From Octopus vulgaris (lineage: Eukaryota): a DNA stretch of 64,000 nucleotides. The notes beneath the pieces are model-generated. The model saw only the letters and a program-made list of their open reading frames with translations. It was not told where the DNA came from and did not search any database. Location of the stretch: contig OX597835.1 of the NCBI GenBank assembly GCA_951406725.2, positions 29,946,001-30,010,000 of the forward strand, written 5' to 3'. Made by a program: the position numbers and the translations under genes. This document shows positions 1 to 15,596 of the stretch, piece after piece (within the stretch, counting starts at the first letter, position 1; every line of letters starts with the position of its first letter).

Positions 1-135
1 ATATATATATACATACATACATATATATATATGTATATATATATGCACATATACACATATATATATGTATATATATTATGTATATATATATATATATATG
101 TGTATGTGTGTGTATATGTATGTATATATATATGT

Positions 136-188
<53 letters not shown>

Positions 189-687
189 TATGTATACACA
201 TACACATATATATATATGTATATTTGCAAGTATATACACGCTCACACATATACCCCCATATACGTGCGCACGCATATACTTTCACTTATGGTGAGAAAGA
301 GAGGACTGAGAAAGTGCGAGAAAGAAAAAAAGCTGTTATTGCGAGATAATTAACAGCGAAGTGTTTACAATTCCTGGAATATATACTCACTATATAGCCG
401 AGTTTTCACTAAATCTCATTGGATTTGCTTTAATGATCTCCTCATTGCTGTTGTTGATGTTATTGTTATTAAAGGAGAAGGATATTGGCAGAACTGCGAG
501 GGATCCGAGAAATGCCTTCCCAAATTTTTTTGTCGTTTTAGGTTCTGAGTTCAAATCCAGCCGATGTTAACTTTGTCTTTCATTCTTGTTTGAAGAAAAA
601 AATAATCCTAGTCAAATAAGAACAATGGTCAATGTTGTCGATTAAGCAACACCTCAAAATTACTGACCTTGCACAAAAATCAGAAAG

Positions 688-750
<63 letters not shown>

Positions 751-1273
751 TATTATTATTATTGTTGTTGTTGTTGTCGCTGCTGCTGCTGCTGTTGTTG
801 TTGTTGTTGCTGTTGTTATTATTTTTATTATTGTCGGCAATTAAAGAAAAAAAAAAGATCAATATCATCTAGCAATAATAATAACAATGTTAGATATAGC
901 AAGACCATTTCGGTCTATACCAAAATTATGAGGACTCTGTCTTGCAGAGAAACTTCGCATTATATATCATCAAACACCAATCCTAAATAGAAAAGGAGAA
1001 CAAATTTCTGCTTACGGGCACATGGTGAAATTCTTTCTGAGTAATTTCAAAAAAACTTCTTCCCTCTTCCTCCCTCAATAAAACCGATTTAATGAAACCG
1101 CAGTCTGGAAAAATGAATGACCGAGATACTTTAAGTACGAATCCACGCACACATATACAAACATAACAAGCATACACACACGTGGGTCACACACACAAAC
1201 ACACATACACTCAGTCACTCACAGGCACACATTCAATGCGAGACAATGCATAATTGGTTATTTTTAAAGTTTG

Positions 1274-1323
<50 letters not shown>

Positions 1324-1402
1324 GAACCACACATACATATAGATGTACACTCATACACACATATATAAACATTTTTCCATACATCTATATATTCTTTTCT
1401 AC

Positions 1403-1612
1403 TCAAGGCACAATGCCCGAAACTTTTGAGGAGGAGAGGGGGGCAGTCGATTAGATCGACCCGATTGCGCAACTGGTACTTAATTTATCGACCCCGATAG
1501 AATGAATGGCAAAGTCGACTTCGGCGGAATTTGAACTCAGAACGTGGCGACGGACGAAATACCGCTAAGCATTTCGCCCGGCGTGCTAACGTTTCTGCCA
1601 GCTCGCCTCCTT
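1403..1612 (-). mobile_element. tRNA-derived SINE, family A
   Basis: Head GGCGAGCTGGCAGAAACGTTAGC (A box) ... GAGTTCAAATTCC (B box), then GTCGACTTTGCC-TTCAT...GGGGTCGATAAA; multiple copies in the window. Confidence 0.85.
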
Positions 1613-1681
1613 TATACATCTTTATATTGACGCATGTATATGTGTGTGTATGTGTGTGTTCTACATTATTGTCAATCATGT

Positions 1682-1788
<107 letters not shown>

Positions 1789-1903
1789 AATGATAATGAT
1801 AATGATGATAATAACAATGGTGTATTTACATATATTATTTAAACAGACAGACATTATATTATATTATTATTATACGCGTGAATATCTATATCTGTGTGTT
1901 TGT

Positions 1904-1953
<50 letters not shown>

Positions 1954-2721
1954 GAAATGACTGAAATAGAAAAAGATAAAGAGTTAGATAAATAGATAGA
2001 TAGGGATAGAGAGGAAGAGAAAGAGAGAGAGAGAGCGAAGAGGGGAGAGAAAGAAAGGGAATCCAAATAATAATGAGATAGGAAGATAAGGATTCATAAA
2101 TAGATAATGATATTTTGATATATGTTTGTGTGCATTTATGCATTTTACGCAAGTAAATATATATATATATATTTGTGTGTGTTTGCATTTGTGTATATAT
2201 ATATGTATTCGTGCATACATTTATACATACAGACAAACGCATGAATAGATATACACATACACGTGAAAAAAAACAACATATTTCTATAGTCGTAAAAGCA
2301 TTAACTACGAAAAATAATGGCTAAAGAATACATCTTATTTGCTTCGTACGACGAGTTATTGTAAGTAGATAAAGCAGAATGTAATAATGTAATAATGATA
2401 AAATGGCTGCCCACAAAAATTTTGAATGGCGCGAAAAAAATCTATCGTGAATTGTATGGATGTATTTAAGAGCGTCGTAAATTAGGAAAACGATGAAACC
2501 ACGTCAAAACATTATTTGGTCGTAAAGTTAAAACTTTCTAATTAGAGTTATAGTCTTTCTGATAGCTATTGGTAATGGAGGTTGTAATAGTTGGGCGCTG
2601 ATGTGATGGTGGTGTTTGTGTTGTGGGTCTTGCAGGGTATTTAATAGATTTTCTGGCGGTTGTAGAAGTGTCTGTATGTGTGTGATTATGGTGGTAGTAG
2701 TGCTGAATGTTGGAGTTGGAA

Positions 2722-2935
2722 AAGGCTACGAGCTGGCAGAATCGTTGGCACGTCGGGCAAAAATGCTTAGCGGCATTTTGTCCGTCTATACGTTCTGAGT
2801 TCAAATTCCGCCGAGGTCGACTTTGCCTTTAATCTCTTTCCGGGTCGATAAAATTAGTTCCTGCTGAACACTGGGGTTGATCTAATCGACTTAACGCCTC
2901 TCCCTAACCTCGCTGGCCTTGTGCCAAAATTTGAG
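2722..2935 (+). mobile_element. SINE family A
   Basis: Same head, B box and central domain as 1403-1612. Confidence 0.85.
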
Positions 2936-3911
2936 GTTGGATGCCAATGACAATGTTGCTGCTAGACATAGCTGCGATTGTAATGATTGTATAAGCGGTA
3001 GTTGGTAGTGGTGATTGAGGGGTAGTTGTAGTGTTTATATTGGTAATTTGTTGTGATGTTTGTAGTGTGTGTGTGTGTGTGTGCGCGTACGTATGTGTAT
3101 GTATGCATGGTGGTAGTTGTAATGTTAGTTTAGGATGTTTGTAATAGAGGTTGCTACTAGGCATAGCTATGGTTGTAGTGGTTGTTTAAGCGATGGTTGG
3201 GGTTGGTAAACTGAGGTTTGGTTGTAGTTGTTGTGATGGTAGTAGTTGCAGTAGTAGGAGTAGTGTATGTGTCTGTATGGTGGCATTGTATCGTTTGTGT
3301 AGGATGTTTGTGTCAGTGGTTGTTACTAGACATAGTTGTGGTTGTAGTGCTCATTTAAGTGGTGTGTGTTGGGTGTAGTTTTGGTAGTGGTAATAGTGAA
3401 CTTCTTGACAACAACTAACGGTGGAGGCCTTAGTGGTAGTGTGGTGGTGCTATAGAAGTTGTAGCAGTGGTATGTAGTAGTAATAGTTTCCATAGTTGTA
3501 TTGAAGAAGTTGTTGTAGAGGTGGTTGTAGAAGTGGTGTTTGGAGGTGATGGTGGTAGTGGTAGATTTCGTGACTGCAGTTAGTGCCAGCGGTATTGGTG
3601 GTAGTGTTGTGATATTTGCAGTGGTATTGTAGTATTTGTAGTATTGGCAGTTGTTTAAGTGGTGTCACTGTTGGACTTCATGACAGCGGCCATAGCAGTA
3701 TTGGTGATAGTGTTGCAATAGTTACGTTGGCCTGGTGACAGTTATAGTAGCGGTAGTTGTTTAAGTGGTGTGTGGTAGTGGTAGAAGTTTCGGTGGTGCA
3801 AATGGTGAATTTCATGACAGAGTTTGGTGCTAACGGTATAGGTGGTAGTGCTGCTGTAGTATGGTGGAAGTTGTGGTGGTAATATTGTGGTGGTAAACCG
3901 CTACTATAATT

Positions 3912-4148
3912 AAGGCGGCGAGCTGGTAGAAACGTTAGCACGCCGGACAACATGCGTAGCCGTATTTCGTCTGCCGTTACGTTCTGAGTTCAAATTCCGC
4001 TGAGGTCGACTTTGCCTTTCATCCTTTCGGGGTCGATTAAATAAGTACCAGTTACGCACTGGGGTCGATATAATCGACTTAATCCGTTTGTCTGTCCTTG
4101 TTTGTCCTCTCTATGTTTAGCCCCTTGTGGGTAGTAAAGAAATAGGTA
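3912..4148 (+). mobile_element. SINE family A (alternative 3' tail ...GGTAGTAAAGAAATAG)
   Basis: Full-length copy; tail shared with the copies at 26723 and 42672. Confidence 0.88.
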
Positions 4149-4578
4149 ATATGCTGGTTGTTGTACTTGTAGTAATTATAAAAGCATATGCAGTTTTGGT
4201 AGAAGTAGCGGTGTTTGCGATATAGTGGTAGATACAAGAGAAGGTTGTGGTCGTTTTGGAGCTGCAGCGCTAGCTGCGTTGATGTTAGTGGCGTCGTTGG
4301 CGATAGCAGATGGTGGTGGTGGTGGTGGTGGTAAGTTTGGGGCTGGTTGTGGTAGTGTTGGTGGTAGTGTTTGAATTGGTGTTAATAGTAGTGGCGGTGG
4401 GTGGTTAGTGGGGCAGGGTGCGGTGAGGATGATAAACTGGTTCTGGAAGATGGATGAAGCAACGAGAAATTGGAAAAAGAAAAATATGGAGGAAAAAACT
4501 TTTTGAGAGATGAGAGATAAAAATCAGAGAAACGATCTAGATTGATCGATAGAAAGAAAGTGTGTGTATCTATGTGAT

Positions 4579-4629
<51 letters not shown>

Positions 4630-4654
4630 GAGACAGACAGACAGACAGATAGAC

Positions 4655-4733
<79 letters not shown>

Positions 4734-4840
4734 GGGAGGGATAGAGTGACAGCTATTCAGATACAGAAACTGAGAGACAGATAAATAGACGAATAAGCAG
4801 ATAGAGTGATTGGTATAGGAACAAATATCTAGATAAACAG

Positions 4841-4884
<44 letters not shown>

Positions 4885-4946
4885 AATATTTATATGTATC
4901 TATATATGTATGTACGTATCTATATATATTTGTGTGTGTGAGAGTT

Positions 4947-6302
<1,356 letters not shown>

Positions 6303-6581
6303 ATATATTGTCAGTTTATGTCAGAAATACGTACAATGATAAAGTTAGTGTATGTCGGGAAATCGTACAATAAAAATGTTAGCTTTCATAAAGAAAACAC
6401 ATTAATAATGCTAGTGTATGTCTGGAAATGTATTATAACAATGTTAGCATGAGTCAGGCAACTACTGTCATATAGTTAGTGAAGAAAACACACTACGATT
6501 TTAATAGTGTATGTCCAAAAAACATTTTAGTGTGGTGGTTGTTGTGCTGTTTATGACAGATATCGGGATGATGTAATACAA

Positions 6582-7034
6582 TATCATCATCATCATTGTT
6601 CGACCGTGGTCGAGACAATGGAATTTACTATACTTCGCCAGACTTCACGGTCCATTATAGCATTACGGAGGTCCTGTGGCTGGATGCCTGTATCCCTGGA
6701 GATTACAACAGGGTAGGAGATTGTGCGCCCTCTGGTATCGCGAGTAGATGGCTTCCAGAGGGGAAGAGTAGAAATTGCCTCGTTTTCAGCTCTACAACAA
6801 TGTCCAGCAAACTGGACTCTCCTACCTTTCACAAGAGATGATACAGGTGGTAGTTTCCCATATATTTGTACTTTGGTTGGATGACGCCTCCATGAGAGAT
6901 TTTGAGCTCTCATAAGGAGGCGAGTGTAAGTTCCATCCAACCGCCTCTCAAGCTTCTTTGATAATGTCCAGGTTTCTGACCCATATAGTAGATTGGTTCG
7001 ACTGTGGCTTAAAATCTTCAAAGCCACAGTCGAA
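6582..7034 (-). mobile_element. 3' fragment of an RTE-group LINE with (TGA)n tail
   Basis: LLYGSETWTL...RRVQFAGHC...DREVWR are RTE C-terminal motifs. The stop is followed by a tgatgatga tail. Confidence 0.85.
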
Positions 7035-8509
7035 TACAATATAGTTAGTGAATGTTTGACAAATAAACTGTCATAGTATACTGCATGCTGGGTGATCTTA
7101 CTTTCGTATAGTTACTGTACACTAAAACCATATACTGTAATAGAGTTGATGTATGTCGGCAAAACGTATAAATTTCAACCATTTTGAGTCAAAGCGAAAT
7201 ACATTTAATATAGAGTAAGGAAAAAAATGAGTGACAAACTCTCGTTTAGATCGAGATTTAGTCAGTTTAGTGAATATACGGTGGCACCCATATATATTTG
7301 AGTGTGTCTGTGTATGTATGCTTGCGTGTTTGTTTGTGTGTGCGTGTATTGAGAATTGATGGAGTGTGTATGTGGTGGTAGTGGTGGTGGTGGTGGTGGT
7401 AGGTGAATCCAACGAGAATCAGCGAGATTATAAGCAGAGATTAAGTTTTAACGGATATTTAGTGTTTGTAAGTTGCTGTTAAGATGACTAATCTTTATAT
7501 TTCCGCTATCTTGAAGTCATCATGTGGGGATTTATTGGTGATAGAGCCGTGGTCAATGTAATGGTGAGCGTGGCGGTGAGGGTACTGGTGCTGTCGTTGG
7601 TAGAGGTACTGGTGGTGGTAGTGGTGGTAGCGGTGTTGTTGATGATGCTGGTGGTGGTAGCAGTGGTAATAATGGTGGTGGTAGTGATGGTAGTGGTAGC
7701 AGTGGTAGTAATGGTGGTGGTAGCAGTGGTAGTAATGTTGGTGATACTGATGGTAGTGGTAGCAGTGGTAGTAATGGTGGTGGTAGTGATGGTGGTGGTA
7801 GCAGTAGTAGTGGTGGTGATGGTAGTGATGGTGGTGGTAGCAGTGGTAGTGATGGTACTGGTAGCAGTGGTAGTAATGGTGTTGGTAGTGATGGTGGTGG
7901 TGGTGGTAATGGCAGCAGTTGTGCTGCGGGGGTTTCGGTGGTGTTTGTAGTAGTAGCAGTGATGGTAGTGATGTATGGCGGTGGTGAGGGTGGAGATGGT
8001 GCTGGATGTGATGGTGATGGTGGTGGTGATGGTGTTAGGAGTAATGGTGGCAGTGGTGATGATGGGGGTGATGGTGGAGATGGCCGTGATGGTGGGGGAG
8101 ATGGAGGTGGAAATGGTGACGGAAATAGTGAAGATAATAATGATGGAGGGAAAAGATGCGGTGAATGCGGCGAAGATAGTGCTGGATGGGGTGATGGATG
8201 TGATGCTGGTGGTGATGGCCTGGCGGTGGTGGTTATGACGGTGGTGAAGTAGAGGTTTTTATTGTCGTTGTTATTCGATTATTTATCTTCGTATCAGCAT
8301 TTAGCATGAAGACCGATGATCAAAGATGATCCATTCGTGCCCAACCTGCCTCTTTTTTTATTCATATGTGTTTAACCCCAAGTCCGATCTGTTCCAGCTG
8401 ACCAATGTTTCGTGGTGGTCCATTTGTGACCGTCGCTTTAGTCATTTATATACATATTCGTGTGTGTGTGTGGGTCTGTGTGTGTGTGAGTGCGTATATA
8501 TGTATGTAA

Positions 8510-8540
<31 letters not shown>

Positions 8541-8686
8541 TATGTATGTGTATATATGTGTATATATATGTATATATGCATATACATATGTGTATATATA
8601 TGTATATATATGTGTGTACACACACACACACATACACACACACACATATATATATATACCCTTGTTTCTCCGTTTTCCTTTTCCAT

Positions 8687-8726
8687 ATATTTCTGTCGAA
8701 GATCGTTGGCTCGAAACGTCAAATAT
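8687..8726 (+). ncRNA. Minimal variant hammerhead-like motif (CUGUCGAA core)
   Basis: Stem I ATATTT/AAATAT; CTGTCGAA; GATC-GTTG-GCTC; GAAA-CG-TC. Same family at 39629-39664 (+), 40102-40137 (-) and about 57025 (+). Confidence 0.45.
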
Positions 8727-8833
8727 CTTTCTAATCTTCATGGTCGTCAAACTAATGCGCCTTGTATGTCGTACCCTTGCCTATCTCTCTTTTTTTCGTG
8801 TATGTATTTGAACCATATATATATATATACATA

Positions 8834-8906
<73 letters not shown>

Positions 8907-8914
8907 GTCTATCT

Positions 8915-11900
8915 ATCTCGGTACTTTTTCGCAAGAGTCTGGACCTCAAAGTAAGGACAATATTCGTAGACCCGGAGGGTAGACTGGTCGTCCTGGATGT
9001 CGACGGCAGCAATGGGTGCGCTTTTCGACTCGTATCAGTCTACGCACCGCCCTTAACAGGTCGGGCGGATTTCTTTCAACGTCTAGAAGTATTCTTGGGA
9101 ACGTCTCGTCCTTTACTCTTAGTGGGGGATTGGAATGCTACCTTGGACACGCATGTAGACTACGTGGGTAGAGATAGGAATAGACGGGGATGCAAATGCC
9201 TCAGAGACCTGCTCAGACGCTTTCAACTGTCTGACAGGTTCCGACTAGACCACCCGAATGCGCCAACGTGGACATGGAGCAACCGCATCGGGTCGTCGAG
9301 ATCGTATCTAGATAGGATACTGTGTAGGACAGTAGACAGAGATAGCATAGGATGTCCACAATTCCACATAGTCAGCTACACGGATCACAAACTTGTGACA
9401 TGTACGCTAGACTTAGGTAAGACACTTAGGCAGGGTCCCGGATACTGAAAACTAAACGCGTCTTTCCCATCGAGACAGGTTTTCAGAGACCGGATTAGCA
9501 CACTAGTAAAGAGGGCTTTAACGGGAGCCATCATCAACAACAAATGGTGGTTTGCCCTCAAGAGAGCAGTAAAAGCAGAAGCGATTAGGTACAGCAAAGC
9601 ACTAGCCATAGATAGAAATAGAGTTGAGGATGAGCTAGTTAAGAAGCTAGAAGAGGCAATTAGAAGCGGCATCGCATCCGACGTTTTGGCGGCGAGGTTG
9701 GCCCTCGACCAACACTTCAACGCCAAACACGAAGGATGTGCAGTCAGAGCTAGGATGCGTGCTCTAAGGAACGAAGGTGTTGGAGCCGCGAGAGAGGCCC
9801 GGGTGGCAGAGGCGCAACAGGGCAACAAAGCCACCATTCGGTCCCTGGTAGATGAACAGGAGCGCGAATTGCTCGAGCCAAGTAAAATGTGTGAGGCCTT
9901 TCAGCAGCATTTTGCCCGACTGTTCGGGACGAGTGGAGGGCAAGAACGTAGGGTGGACTTCAGTGCCTACCTACATAGCCTACCACGACTCTCGACAAGA
10001 AAGGCAGGGTGCTGCGAAGGTGCCATCACGGCGGCGGAAGTGCAGGAGGCGATGGCAGAATGCTCGAGGGACAAATCACCGGGTTTGGATGGTCTACCCT
10101 ACGAGCTTTACAATTGTATGCCAGACTTGTTTGGAGATCTCTTGGCGGCGGTGTACTGCAACTGGCAGCAAAACGGGAGCATTCCTGGTTTTGTGAGCCG
10201 AGGAGCCGTAACACTGCTGAAGAAAGATCTAAACAAGGGAAATGTAATAGATAACTTTAGGCCCATCACTCTGCTTAATGCAGACTTGAAAATTTTGGCC
10301 AAGGTGCTAGCCAAGAGGTTGGCGCTTGTCATCGAGAAACTGGTCGACAAGGCGCAAACATGCGCCGTGCCGGGCCGGACCATCGATGACAACCTCCACC
10401 TGATGCGCTACATCATAGACAGGGTAGTTAACGAACCTGGCATGGGTAGGGCGCTGATCAATTTGGATCAATCGAAAGCTTTCGATAGGGTAGACCATCG
10501 ATACTTGGAGGCGGTCCTCAGAGCGGCAGGCTTCGGTCCCGTCTTCCGCGGCTGGATAGCCGCTTTGTACAGAGGCATCCGTTCGGTAATTCGCGTGAAT
10601 GGACATCTATCGAGACCCTTCGACATCGCACGTTCGGTCCGTCAGGGATGCCCCCTCTCGTCGCTTCTATACGTATTGACTCTCGAGCCATTATTGCGGA
10701 AGCTGGCAACTTTGAGGGGCATCCCGCGAGAACTGGGATGCGGGACGAGCGTGTCTGCATACGCGGACGACGTCACCGTCATAGTGTCTAGCCATGAGCA
10801 CATCGAGCAGGTCGGCGAGACACTGAAAAACTACGAAGCGGTGACAGGAGCGAAAATCAACCGGGAAAAGTCAGTGGGCTTGCGACTAGGCACCTGGAGA
10901 AGCAAGTCCATGCCGTCCACCAGCGCCTCCGTCGTGGGACGCTGGACCGACGGCCCGGTTGAGTTGCTCGGGGTCTGGTTCGGTCCGGACCTCCAAGTGG
11001 AGAAGAACTGGAACGAGATAACGAGTAGGGTGGTCACTCTCGCCCGGCAATGGGCCGAGAGGAAACTGTCCCTAAAAGGTCGGGCGGAGGTGGCGAACAC
11101 GTACATCGCGTCCGTCATCTACTACCGCCTGACCGTCGTACCTTGTCCCGACCCTACCATCACCAAACTACAACGCATTCTCTTTCGCTTCTTGTGGAAA
11201 GGATGCGTCCAGATGGTCAGGCGATCCATTTGCTGTCAACACCCGCTAAAAGGAGGGCTGGGCATGCTGTGGTTGATGATGCGCAGACACGCGCTGAGAC
11301 TGCGACATCTCTGGCTCTACGTAGACGACGGTGAACAAGTGTGGTCGCCGTTTGTGAGGCACGCTTTCCCGCAGCTCGTCTTCATGACCGAACTGCAGTC
11401 GTGGATCAAAAAGAGGCCGAGGAAGGGCGATTGGCACCGCGAGTGTCGCGTTGCTCTCAAGCAACTCTGCCGTCCCGGGTCGGCCTTGAGTGACTTCAAT
11501 ACAACCAAAGCATTCTATAGGGGATTAGTGGAGGGGAGGTACGACGACGAGCTCGGGGCGAACCTGGACGTCGACGAGGAGTACCTGACCCGCCTGTTCA
11601 GGACGACTTTCGGGCCAGGGCCCATGGACAACTTCCAGAGATCCCTGGCCTGGCAGTGCTACCGAGAAGCGCTAACCGTTCGGGATAAGCTCTACAGACA
11701 CGGCTCGAGAAACACGGGGCCGAACTGCCCGAGATGCGGTCAGAGCGACGAAACCGTTCTGCACGCACTCGTGCAGTGTCCAACAATTTCCGACCTGTGG
11801 GCTTATGTCAAACAACTGCTGTCACGTGTGGGACGAGTCGGTTTATCAGCTGAGTCTATCGTCAATATTGTCACGCCTCCTTCCTTCAAACGGGAAGGAA

Positions 11901-12145
11901 GAGCTATTTTCTTCATCCTTGTGGCTATGGCGAAAGAATGTATCTGGTGGACGCGTCTGAAAGGATTGGAGACAAACACTTTCCTCTCTGGTCAATCTCT
12001 CATCAACTTCTTCAAGTACCACTTGAAAAGGAAAGTGAGAGTAGAGAGGCAAGTTTTGTCTAGCGAATGTTTTAAAAAAAGATGGGTGAATATAGCAAGG
12101 ATGGCACATATGAATGACGAAGCCACCTTGAGCATAATCCTATGA
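8915..12145 (+). pseudogene. LINE ORF2 (endonuclease-reverse transcriptase), 5'-truncated, single in-frame TGA at 9446-9448
   Basis: ORFs 8762..9448 and 9686..12145 are in the same frame. The stop falls in the conserved G-Y-W-K-L-N motif (ggatacTGAaaactaaac, TGG>TGA). YADD starts at 10760. Confidence 0.88.
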
Positions 12146-12609
12146 ACCCAGAAATTGAAAACAGAGGGTTACCCACTTGCAAACAAATGTGGTAACATAT
12201 AACAATATTGACCAAGGTTACCGTGGTCTTTTTCGTAGGCTTTTCTTCCCACGAATAAACCTTACTTGCTTTCCCCTTTACACCATATATCATAACACTG
12301 TGATACACGATCCCTATTGATCGTTCGTTTTTTTCCTCTTCCCCTTTTTTTCCCCTTTTTTCTTCTTTTTCATTTCTCTTTCCTTTTGTTCCTTTTCCTT
12401 TTCTTTTTTTTTCTTTTTATTCTTTTTATTTTATTCAATTTTTTTTTTGTTTTTGTTCTTTTCTTCCCTTTTACGATCCCTCTTGATCGAAAACCTACGC
12501 CACCCCCTTTTTTTTCTTTTGTTTTTTGTTCTCTTCATCCCCCAAAAGAAAAGCTCTACCTTGTAACTTGTCCCATCTGTGTGCAGGTCTGTGTGGCCAA
12601 TAAGGAAAC

Positions 12610-12610
<1 letters not shown>
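8915..12610 (+). mobile_element. 5'-truncated L1/Tx1-like non-LTR retrotransposon (ORF2 + T-rich 3' UTR) inserted in a (TATC)n array
   Basis: APE-endonuclease motifs (LVSVYAP, LVGDWN, SYLDRI, TDH), RT motifs (KSPGLDG, NFRPITLLNADLKI, LDQSKAFDRV, RQGCPLS, YADD) and a C-terminal CPRC...HALVQC zinc finger. The 3' UTR ends GCCAATAAGGAAAC and runs into (TATC)n. (TATC)n also flanks the 5' side. Confidence 0.92.
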
Positions 12611-12708
<98 letters not shown>

Positions 12709-12909
12709 GTGAGAGAGAGTGAGCAAGTGAGTGAAAGAGACAGATAGAGAGAAAGAGAGAGAAAGAGAGAAATAGACTGCTAGTTAGCTAGATAACTAGA
12801 TAGATACAATATGTATTCCATACCAGGACACATTTTGTTTCTGCAAATGTACCGCACCTGTGAAAGTACAACATGCGACTACATCACTTACATACATTTA
12901 TATATATGT

Positions 12910-12950
<41 letters not shown>

Positions 12951-13704
12951 CAAATACATCCTCCCCCCACAACCAGAGACACACACACGCACACGCACAC
13001 ACATACACAGACTCCATCATCATTCACATTATCTCAAATAGATCCGATTTTCTACTATTTATTCTCATTTTTTTCTTTGTGCCTCGTTCAACGACTCCCA
13101 CTCTTCGTTTACACTGACCTCTACTCCCTCACTCTTACTCTTCGCTTTTGCTATAACATTCTACCTTTACCAACCCCCGTCCTCTCTTTACCTCGTCCTC
13201 TTACTACTTCCTCCGCTTTTCATTTCACCCTCTCTCTTCTTGCTTCTCTCTTCATCTCACACATCCTTACTCCGCCATCGTTCAATCTTATAAAAGTCCT
13301 TCCACTCTCCTGCACCATCAGATCCCACCCCACTACTACAACTAATGTTGAAATCTGCTACTTGGTTTTGAACCTTAAATCTCAAACTTGACCTTTTTAT
13401 CTAGATGTCTTTTAGAAATTGCTCTCCAAACATCAAGTGACGGCTTTATTGTATTAATAAACGCAACTGGCCACACATTTCCTCTCAAACACTGTCAGCA
13501 GCGCTTTCAGCAGCAGTAGCAGCAGCAGCAGCAGCAGAAAGAGCAGCAACAACTTCAGCAGCAAAAACAGCATACTCAGGAGCAGCACCTGCATTAACAA
13601 AAAGAGGAAGAAAAGGAAACAAATATGAACATAATTACCATCATTATTGATCATATGATCAAACTCATTCTTGTTGCTATCATCACGATCATCTAGTTGT
13701 CTCT

Positions 13705-13756
<52 letters not shown>

Positions 13757-13769
13757 TTATATATATATA

Positions 13770-14158
13770 TCTTTATATATAAAAGTCAAGTTGTGTGTCT
13801 GTCTCCTACGATTTAGATTCCTAACTACTCCCACATTTTGCGGTGCAGTTTAACCAAAACCGGGTATCTTATAGTCGTGATTCATATCGAGCCCTTCTAG
13901 GTATTAGCGCGCGTCTACGATGAGTCTACGATTTAAAAAAATTTACCATCATTTTTTCCATTTTAATGCATTTTTTCGCTATTATATAAGGGAAGTAACT
14001 CTCTAAAAATGTCTACGATGAGTCAACGATTTAAAAAAATTTACCATCATTTTTTTTTCCATTTTTAATGCATTTTTTGCTAATTTTTGGCTATAACTCT
14101 CTAAAAATGCTTATATAGTTATTTCCCTTACAAACCCGAGCAACGCCGGGCGATACTG

Positions 14159-14162
<4 letters not shown>
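13770..14162 (+). mobile_element. Non-autonomous Helitron
   Basis: 5' A|TCTTTATATATAAAA; 3' hairpin CCCGAGCAACGCCGGG then CTAA|T (CTRR); inserted at an A^T site; internal ~97-bp tandem duplication. Confidence 0.8.
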
Positions 14163-14196
<34 letters not shown>

Positions 14197-14201
14197 TGTC
14201 T

Positions 14202-14287
<86 letters not shown>

Positions 14288-14322
14288 GTATCTCTTCCTC
14301 CCTCTCTCTCTCTCTGTCTCTC

Positions 14323-14353
<31 letters not shown>

Positions 14354-14468
14354 GTCTATCTTATGGACGGACGATAGTCACATTCACTCGTAGTAAGTTT
14401 GCCCTTTACTGCCTTTAAAAGTTGTGAATTGTATTGTGCAACAACTAATACATTCGGTTGCGCAAACA

Positions 14469-14667
14469 GACTGGTTCGGCCTGGCCGTGTTCTGCTCTTA
14501 CCTTCGAAACACGCATTGAGTCGAACCAGGGGCAGCTGATGAAGGGGAATTTTCCTTGTATTGTTTGTCCTGTACTCTGTTTTTTCGTTGTTAAAAAAAG
14601 TCCGTTTCCTTGTTTGATTTTGTTTTCGTTTCTCGTTGTGTTCTACGTTTATTTGTGGTGTCCTGTA

Positions 14668-14714
<47 letters not shown>

Positions 14715-15530
14715 GCATGTATATATATACATGTAGATGTAAGTATGTACATATATGTATGTATATACGCATATATTTCATTTATTTATTATATTGTTAT
14801 TATATGACCGAACGCACGCGTTATTTCTCTATTCCTCTTCTCCAAGTAAGTTTTTATTTGAATAATCATGACGCGCACTCTTACTCTTTACTTGACCTTT
14901 CCTCCCTGCCTGTCTGTATTCCTCTCTACTTGTCTCTCTCCTTCTTATTTTTCACCCTTTCTGGTTTCTTTCCCCCCCTCTTTCTCTCTCTCCTCCTCCT
15001 CCTCCTCTCTCTGGCCGTTGACCAGAAGGCTACTAAAACTTTCTTTCAGCTTCGTGCTTCAACAAGCATACATCAACTTCCCTGTCTTTCGCAAGCCGAT
15101 TTTTCACATGCGTTCTAACTAATTTTTCCACTGTCTAGGCCTAAAGAAGACCTTATTGTTGGTTCCCTGTCCTGTTATTCTTTATTTGTACTGTTTTTTC
15201 TACTGATTTTTCTTCATTTGTATTGCATTTACGTCCTGTTCTTGTCACTTGTTTTACCCCTCTGCAAAATAATTTTACTTAATTCCTTTTGCAGGAAGGA
15301 CTGCTTCGGCCTGGCCGTGTTCTGCCCTTACCTTCGAAACACGCATTGAGTCGAACCAGGGGCAGCTGATGAAGGGGAATTTTCCTTGTATTGTTTGTCC
15401 TGTACTCTGTTTTTCGTTGTTAAAAAAAGTCCGTTTCCTTGTTTTTTCGATGTAAAAAAAGTCCGTTTCCTTGTTTGATTTTATGTTTTCGGTTCTCGTT
15501 CTGTTCTACACTTATTTGTGGTGTCCTGTA

Positions 15531-15596
<66 letters not shown>

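Noticed and set aside
3912-3990. SINE heads as tRNA genes
   Set aside because: They have A/B boxes but no closing acceptor stem, and they continue into repeat bodies.
7522-8252. Val/Met-rich and Gly/Asp-rich ORFs (also 62181-62652 and 48693-49256)
   Set aside because: Degenerate (GGT/GAT)n low-complexity DNA.
9385-12109. Alternative-frame and antisense ORFs within the LINE
   Set aside because: Shadows of the GC-richer ORF2.
13050-13400. Pyrimidine-rich tract resembling a Penelope 3' region
   Set aside because: No GIY-YIG motif or ribozyme core could be supported.
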